Notes under the pieces: model-generated
Seen by the model: the letters and a program-made list of their open reading frames with translations, nothing else
Told to the model about the DNA's origin: nothing
Databases searched by the model: none
NCBI GenBank assembly: GCA_964016885.1
Contig: OZ024746.1
Location: forward strand, 98,456,001 to 98,520,000
Length of the DNA stretch: 64,000 nucleotides
Direction: 5' to 3'
From: Eledone cirrhosa
Lineage: Eukaryota
Position numbers and translations under genes: made by a program
In this document: positions 56,126 to 64,000 of the stretch, piece after piece
How the letters are laid out: every line of letters starts with the position of its first letter
How positions within the stretch are numbered: position 1 is the stretch's first letter

Positions 56126-56399
56126 GTAAACTTAGTCTACTGTTAAAGTCTTCTGTCATCATCATTATTATTATCATTATTATCATGAACAAAATGAGCT
56201 GCAGAGTTACAGGGAATTAATATCAGTTCTCATGTTACAACCATTTCACTGAGGGATATTTAGAAAAATGATATAGCTATATGTGGATAATCTTTAAGTA
56301 TAAAATACTGCAGCAATGCTGGTATAGCCACTGTATCCATCTCTTACTATTATAAGCAAATGAGGGCTCATGTGCTGACTGTCCCATGGTCCCAGCAAA

Positions 56400-56970
56400 C
56401 AGAATAGAGAAGGTGTTTCCCGGGAGGATAAATAATAATAATGTGTACAGTGCTCAGGTGCACTACAACTCATCAAAGGTGCATGTATAGTACATAGAAT
56501 AATGTACAAATGTCAGGAAAGTGAACTGTATGAGTCATGAAATACATGTGTGCATGTGTATGGAGGGGTGTAGTGTTGGCGAATTTTTAGGAAGCGTGGA
56601 GGCCTTAAAGGATGCAGTGTCTCGACAGCTAACAACTGATGCAGGCAGTTTGTTCATGCTTCAGCAACTCTGAGCATGAAAAAATGTTTCCGAAAGTCAT
56701 GGGAGCTGTGCTGTTTTCTGACTGTGTAAGCATGTCGACGTGTGTTAGACACATGGAATTCAAAAAGGCGCTCAGGGTTGTTGTTGGCAAGATGGTTAAC
56801 AATTTTGTGGGTGTTTACCAAGTCAGTTGCCAGGCGTCGGAGCTTCAATGTATCCATACCCAGGGAATCAAGGTGTTCAGAGTATGGTAGATGCCTGATG
56901 GAGGGTATTCGCTTGGTTGCACGTCTCTGAAAGGTTTCCAGGAAGTCAATGTTCTGAGCAAGATAGGGGT
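56400..56970 (-). mobile_element. CR1-like LINE 3' fragment (related copy 50850-51360 split by SINE A)
   Basis: WNPYL..ID.LE.FQRRATK...Y..RL..LG...LKLRRL..DL...HKI; the SINE in the second copy has TSD tagtacatagaataat. Confidence 0.8.
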
Positions 56971-57844
56971 TCCAGATGGTGAGAGAGATGCATTGGAAGA
57001 GACAGTTCAGCTCACAAGGGTCACACCTGCGGGTAGCCAACTCTATGCCGATGGTGGGGAGTAAGGAGGTGGTCCTAGAGCCAAGGACACCAGAAGTCTC
57101 TACATTTCACTGAACCCAACTAATATTTTAGACAAAGACATAAATATCACAACTTTGACATTTCCACCTGCTAAAGCAATGGCCCACATGTGGTGTGCTT
57201 TTAGTATATTTATGGTTTTAGCTTGTAGTACCAATAATATGCTGGAGTTTATTCAATCAAAGATACTACCCATTACAAGAAAAGAAAAATAGAAATTGAA
57301 TTTGTTGTTAAATAAGAAAGAAATATATATTTATTCATCATCAGAACCTTTTAGCTGTTTTATATTAATAAGTAATAATTGGCAGAGTCGTTAGAATATC
57401 AGATAGAATGCCTTGTGGTATTCATTCCGGCTCTCAGCTCTCTGAGTTCAAATCCCGCCGAGGTCAACTTTGCTTTTCATCCATTTTAGGTCAATAATAA
57501 AGTACCAGTCAAGTACTGGGGGTTGATTTTTCCTCTATATATCTATCTGACTCCTGTTCTCTCACTTTCTATCCTTCTCTGGAAGAAATCTAGCTGTATT
57601 CACACCTGGAGCGGTGTTGGGCTCCGCCAGGTTTTTAAAAAATGCACTAGAAATGTTGTATGTAAATATGGGGCCCTACCACAACTACAGGAGTTATGGG
57701 ACCATACATACATATTAATAGTTGCCCTTGTTTTCCTCCTTTTTTTGTTTTGCTTTTTTGCCTCTTATTTTGTGTCTAGTAATAAATAGTTAAAAACATA
57801 TTCACTTTTCTTCATATTTTTCTTTAATTTCTCTTTCCTTCTAG

Positions 57845-57903
57845 GGTGTATGTTTGGATGTGTCCTACCTTAAGATGGAAGAACTGAAGCCAGCAACATT
57901 CAG
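57845..57903 (+). CDS. MRM1: MRM1 exon (GVCLDVSYLKMEELKPATF)
   Basis: Polypyrimidine tract plus ctag|; completes the RPHQ|GVCL motif across the splice; donor ag|gtgcat (phase 2). Confidence 0.9.
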
Positions 57904-57975
57904 GTGCATTAATTCAATCCATACATTTTTATTGATATGTTTACTGACACATATTATTTTTCTATTACAATTCTC

Positions 57976-59020
57976 TTAGTCTTAGTCTTAGTTCCTCCAG
58001 TCCCTTGTGGAACATTGGGCGACGAGCTTCCTCCACTTGATCCTGTCACTGGTGGCCCTTCTAGCACCTCTCCAGGTAATTCCCATCTCCCGCAGGTCCT
58101 CACTGAATGTGCTCCGCCATGTTTTTCGTGGTCTTCCCCATTCTCTCCTGCCACCTTCTGGTACCCAATCCATGGCAATATGAGCAGATCGATCTGCCGG
58201 CAAACGAAGGATGTGGCCCGCGAACCGCCGTCTCCTTTTCCAGACAATATCCCTTAACGTCTCCAATCCTGACCTCCTCATCACTTCCTCGTTGCTAACT
58301 TGGTCTCTCCATGAAATTTTCAATATGGTCCGAATGCAACTACAATGGACATGTAAACACGGAATTTGACGGCGTTGCTGATGGAACACCTGGACCATAC
58401 CGGACGGAGTCGCTGGAAGACCGCCGCTGCTTTTCCCAGCCTTGTGCGCACATCCACCTCAGCATCACTATCGTCAGAGATGTTGCTGCCAAGGTATTGG
58501 AAGTGGTTTACACATTCAATGTTACGCTGACCAACCATGATGGGAGGATTTGGAGGGTCACCTGTCGACATGGTCTTGGTTTTTTCACAACTGATGCGCA
58601 GGCCAACTTTCTCTACATTGTCATTTAGAATGTTTGTCATCTCTTGCAGGTCTTCTCGGGAATGGCCTATCACTGCGATGTCATCGGCAAAGTCCAGGTC
58701 GCTTAATCTCCTTCCATCCCAACTGATGCCAAAACGAGGTCATTCATTGTCTTCATGATGAAATTGATGACAATGAGGAAAAGGAAAGGCGAAAGGATGC
58801 AGCCTTGTCGAACACCCATCAAGATGTCAAACATTTCCGTGTTTCCTTCCTTTGTCCTAACGCAGCACCTGGAATGTTGGTATAGCGACCTGAAGATATT
58901 AATATATTTCTCTGCGACACCGTAGAGTCTTACAATCTTCCACAATGACTCCCGATGAACACTGTCGAAAGTTTTCCTGAAGTCAATGTAGTTGACAACA
59001 AGGGACTTGTGGAACTCCCG
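57976..59020 (-). mobile_element. RTE-clade LINE, antisense in an MRM1 intron, with (CTAAGA)n tail
   Basis: IDFRKTFDSVHR, GVRQGCILSP, DFADD, FQYLGS; likely TSD acaattctc at 57967 and 59021. Confidence 0.9.
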
Positions 59021-59327
59021 ACAATTCTCACTCACCTATAATTTAATCTTCTGGGCGCTTTAGGCACAGTATGTCACCGATAGAGTAATCTCCTCCTTAA
59101 TACATAGTGCAGTGTCAAGGGAAGCAATTCATTAAAAAGATTCAGCACGCTAAATGCTAATTAGCTACCTTACAGAACCATTTTAACGTAGCCTATTTGA
59201 CATACATCAATTTACAAAGGAATTACATTTGCTAGGTGAAATATAAGCTCAAAAGCTCAATGCCACAGAACAGAGCTTTTCTATAACCAAAGGCTCTTTC
59301 AAGGAAATAATTAAGTATACATGTGCA

Positions 59328-59640
59328 GGTGGCGAATTGGCAGTCATTAGAATGCTTTATGGTGTTCATTCCAGCTCTCTGCTCTCAGAGTTCAAATCCC
59401 GCCGAGGTCAACTTTGCCTTTCATCCTTTCGAGGTCAATAAAAACAAGTACCAGTCTAGTACTGGGGTCGATTCTTCCTCTATATCTCTTTCTCATTTCC
59501 TCTCTCTCACTTTCTATTTTTCTCTGGAAGAAATCTGCTGTACTCAGGCCTGGAGAGGGATGGGCTCTGCCGGGCTTAAAATGTTCAAGAAATGCCGTAT
59601 GTCAATATGGCGCGCCTACGACTCTATCAGGAGTGACGAG
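59328..59640 (+). mobile_element. SINE A variant with a different 3' module (also 52045-52330, 57378-57760, 18860-19165 (-), 3395-3590, 61165-61330 (-))
   Basis: Same tRNA-like head and core followed by ctctggaagaaatc...caggcctggagaggg...cctacgactc. Confidence 0.7.
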
Positions 59641-60034
59641 ACTAAACTTACAAACACAAACTAAAAAGAATAAAGCAATTGACTTTTATATTACAGTTAA
59701 TAATGATGTGAATGAAAGCTTTCACATTTAACCCTTTATCATTTAAACCGGCTGTATCCGGCCAGAATTCTCTCACCTCTTTCTCTTCAAACCAGCTGTA
59801 ACTCGCCGCTCATACTTATGTTAAGGTATTTTTCTCAAAATAAATAGTATCAAAATCTCATAGATTTGATATTACATGAGATAAAAATACAATAGTATAT
59901 ATAGAGTAATGTAAATAGTAAAGGCCTTAGATGCACTGAAAAATGGGTTTAATGGGAGATCTTTTATACTAAAAATATTGTGGATGGTTATATTATATTT
60001 TTATATTTAATTTATTAATATATTTATTATTCAG

Positions 60035-60107
60035 TCAAGTGTGTGTAGAAGGAATTGAAGAAAAATCGTCCAGTCATCAGTTATGGTTGCTTCTTTACCA
60101 AGTTCAG
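60035..60107 (+). CDS. MRM1: MRM1 exon (SQVCVEGIEEKSSSHQLWLLLYQVQ), start of the SpoU methyltransferase domain
   Basis: ttcag|t phase 2; LWLLLxxVQ precedes the expected DPxNxG motif, which should lie in the next exon outside the window; donor cag|gttagt. Confidence 0.88.
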
Positions 60108-60651
60108 GTTAGTTAAGTACTTTCCAACATCATTAATCGGTGGATTGGCAGTATTGGTAGAGGGTCGGATGCCATGCTTTCCAGCATAGTTACGTCCCTT
60201 TACGATCTGAGTTCAAATCCCGCAGAGGTTGACTTTGCCTTTCATCCTTACGGGGTCGATAAAATAAAGTACCAGTAATGTACTGGGTAATTGCTGGCCT
60301 TGTGCCTAAAGTAGAAACAATTATTTGTTAATATGTACATCACTTTCCACTTTTTTCCTGAAGCTCCATTGAACCTGTGCTCACCACAGTATCAGTAGTT
60401 CCCACTTATACTAACCTTTGCACCCTCACCTCTTTCACCAGTATTTCTTTAACCCTTTAACATTTAAAACGACTGTATCCAGCCAGAATTCTCTCACCTC
60501 TTTCTGTCCAAACCAGGTGTAACCAGCCACTCATACTTATGTTAAAGTATTCTCAAAATAAATAATATCAAAATCTCATAGATTCAATATGATGTGAGAT
60601 ATTTATGTGAGATAAAGCTTTTACTGTAAAAATACAATAGTATATATAAAA

Positions 60652-61080
60652 TATGGCTTAGTGGTTAGAGCATTGGCCTTGCAATCGAAAGATTGAGAGT
60701 TCAATTCTCAGACCGGGTGATGTGTTGTTTCCTTGAGCAAGACACTTTATTTCACATTGCTCCAGTTTACTCAACTGTAGAAATGAGATGATAGGACTGG
60801 GGTCCCTATCATTCCACTGCAAAGTGGTTGTGGAGGTGCCACGGCAAAAAAGCATGTAAAGTGGACGTGTAGGCAGCACGGAAAAAAAGCACCCAGCACT
60901 CACTGTAAATGAAGTTGGTGTTAGGAAGGGCATCCAGCTGTAGAAATCAAGCCAGAATCAGTTCCCGTATGAGCAAGACAAGGTCAGCCGAACAGACACT
61001 GCCCACAACAGGACAACCCGTCTAACCCATGCTAGCTTGGAAGAACGGACGTAAAACGGTGATTATGATGATGATGATGA
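60652..61080 (+). mobile_element. tRNA-derived SINE family B with (GAT)n tail (also 47444-47790; partial 55597-55810, 61555-61695 (-))
   Basis: TGGCTTAGTGG A box, GAGTTCAATTC B box, ccttgagcaagacactt core, ggaagggcatccagctgtagaaa motif and GAT tail. Confidence 0.85.
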
Positions 61081-61721
61081 AAGTAATGTAAATGCTAAAG
61101 GATTAATCAATTTAAACAGTGTAAACCATGACACACTGGGCAGGGTATGTAATACTCCTTACAATTAATACAGGAGGCAAAAAAAAGGGGGAAAACAAGG
61201 GCAACTATTAATATGTATGGTCCCATAACTCTTGTTGGTGTCGTGTGGCCCCATATTGACATACATCCTTTCTTGGGCATTTTTAAAAAGCCTGGCAGAA
61301 CCCATCTCCTCTCCAGGAATACAGCAGATTGATAGCAAACCTCCTGAAAGCACCTCTAATTCTAAAATACAAAATTGTTTATTTTAAAGTGTTTATGGCT
61401 GAATTGTTAACTAAAGGGTTAATCAAAATTTTTATTTTTTTTAATATTCCTATTTTAGCAAGTCATTTGGGTATGAAATACTTGGTTCAGCTCTATACAA
61501 TACATGATATGTAGAGCAAGTCATGAGCTATGTAAAAAATATAATAAGTTACATCATCATCATTACCGTTTAACGTCCATTTTTCCACACTGGCATTGGT
61601 TAGATGAGTTATCCTGTTGTGAGCAATGCTAGGTTAGGTAGCCATGTCATGCTCATACAGAACCGATTTTTGGCTTGGGCATCCAGCTGTAGAAAAACAA
61701 AATGCAACAGAAATATGGTTG

Positions 61722-64000
61722 TACTTATAGTTAGATAACAACACAACCTACTTATAGTTAGATAGCAACAATATATTTATAGTTAGATAGCAACACAATA
61801 TAATAGTTAGATAGCCACACAACATACTTATAGTTAGATAGCAACACAATATATTTATAGTTAGATAGCAACACAATATATTTATAGTTAGATAGCAACA
61901 CAACATACTTATAGTTAGATAGCAACACAGCATACTTATAGTTAGATAGCAACACAATATAGTTATAGTCAGATAGCAACACAGCCTACTTATAGTTAGA
62001 TAGCAACACAGCCTACTTATAGTTAGATAGCAACACAGCATACTTATAGTTAGATAGAAAAACAACACACTTATAGTTAGATAGCCACACAAGATACATA
62101 TAGTTACATAGCCACACAACATACATATAGTTAGATAGCAACACAACATATTTATAGTTAGATAGCAACACAGCCTACTTATAGTTAGATAGCCATCCAA
62201 CATATTTATAGTTAGATAGCAACACAGCCTACTTATAGTTAGATAGCAACACAGCCTACTTATAGTTAGATAGCAACACAGCCTACTTATAGTTAGATAG
62301 CAACACAGCCTACTTATAGTTAGATAGCCACACAGCCTACTTATAGTTAGATAGCAACACAACATACTTATAGTTAGATAGCAACACAACATATTTATAG
62401 TTAGATAGCAACACAGCCTACTTATAGTTAGATAGCAACACAACATACTTATAGTTAGATAGCAACACAACATATTTATAGTTAGATAGCAACACAGCAT
62501 ATTTATAGTTAGATAGCAACACAACATATTTATAGTTAGATAGCAACACAGCCTACTTATAGTTAGATAGCAACACAGCCTACTTATAGTTAGATAGCAA
62601 CACAACATATTTATAGTTAGATAGCAACACAGCCTACTTATAGTTAGATAGCCACACAACATATTTATAGTTAGATAGCAACACAACATACTTATAGTTA
62701 GATAGCAACACAACATATTTATAGTTAGATAGCCTCACAACATACTTATAGTTAGATAGCAACACAACATACTTATAGTTAGATAGCAACACAACATATT
62801 TATAGTTAGATAGCAACACAGCCTACTTATAGTTAAATAGCAACACAGCCTACTTATAGTTAGATAGCAACACAGCCTACTTATAGTCAGATAGCAACAC
62901 AGCCTACTTATAGTTAAATAGCCACACAACATATTTATAGTTAGATAGCCACACAACATACTTATAGTTAGATAGCAACACAGCCTACTTATAGTTAGAT
63001 AGCCACACAACATATTTATAGTTAGATAGCCACACAACATACTTATAGTTAGATAGCAACACAGCCTACTTATAGTTAGATAGCAACACAACATATTTAT
63101 AGTTAGATAGCAACACAGCCTACTTATAGTTAGATAGCAACACAACATATTTATAGTTAGATAGCCACACAACATACTTATAGTTAGATAGCAACACAGC
63201 CTACTTATAGTCAGATAGCAACACAGCCTACTTATAGTTAGATAGCAACACAATATAGTTATAGTCAGATAGCAACACAACGTATTTATAGTTAGATAGC
63301 AACACAACATATTTATAGTTAGATAGCCACACAACATACTTATAGTTAGATAGCAACACAGCCTACTTATAGTCAGATAGCAACACAGCCTACTTATAGT
63401 TAGATAGCCACACAACATATTTATAGTTAGATAGCAACACAACATATTTATAGTTAGATAGCAACACAGCCTACTTATAGTTAGATAGCCACACAACATA
63501 TTTATAGTTAGATAGCCACACAACATACTTATAGTTAGATAGCAACACAGCCTACTTATAGTTAGATAGCCACACAACATATTTATAGTTAGATAGCAAC
63601 ACAACATACATATAGTTAGATAGCCACACAACATACTTATAGTTAGATAGCAACACAGCCTACTTATAGTTAGATAGCAACACAGCCTACTTATAGTTAG
63701 ATAGCAACACAACATATTTATAGTTAGATAGCCACACAACATACTTATAGTTAGATAGCAACACAGCCTACTTATAGTTAGATAGCCACACAACATATTT
63801 ATAGTTAGATAGCCACACAACATACTTATAGTTAGATAGCAACACAGCCTACTTATAGTTAGATAGCAACACAGCCTACTTATAGTTAGATAGCCACACA
63901 ACATATTTATAGTTAGATAGCCACACAACATACTTATAGTTAGATAGCCACACAACATACTTATAGTTAGATAGCAACACAGCCTACTTATAGTTAGATA
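61722..64000. repeat. 27-bp satellite array (~84 units, runs off the window) inside an MRM1 intron
   Basis: TACTTATAGTTAGATAGCAACACAGCC consensus with recurring variants. Confidence 0.97.

Noticed and set aside
60652-60720. tRNA genes
   Set aside because: The A/B boxes belong to SINE heads, and I see no complete cloverleaf.
61748-63958. 322-aa and 407-aa Cys-rich ORFs
   Set aside because: They are a stop-free antisense frame of a 27-bp satellite inside an intron.

Overview
AT-rich, repeat-dominated animal genomic DNA. The long (TA)n/(CA)n/(TACA)n tracts and the SINE/LINE/Penelope mix suggest a cephalopod such as an octopus (inference). The one host gene I can identify is the 5' part of MRM1 (mitochondrial rRNA methyltransferase 1, SpoU/TrmH family) on the + strand. 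It has four phase-consistent coding exons (53205-53407, 55891-56125, 57845-57903, 60035-60107) and runs off the right end. Upstream are candidate 5' exons, including one carrying a 102-aa ORF that looks like a mitochondrial presequence but stops 3 nt before its splice donor. The rest is mostly mobile-element debris: CRE, R4/Dong-like, RTE, Tx1 and CR1 LINE fragments, Penelope-like GIY-YIG relics with inverted termini and hammerhead-ribozyme motifs, tRNA-derived SINEs, a (TATG)n-associated non-coding retroposon, hAT/pogo/piggyBac-type MITEs, non-autonomous Helitrons, and minisatellites, two of which arose from transposon-end junctions. Most ORFs in the supplied track are microsatellite artefacts. 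All coordinates were read by eye; repeat boundaries are approximate.
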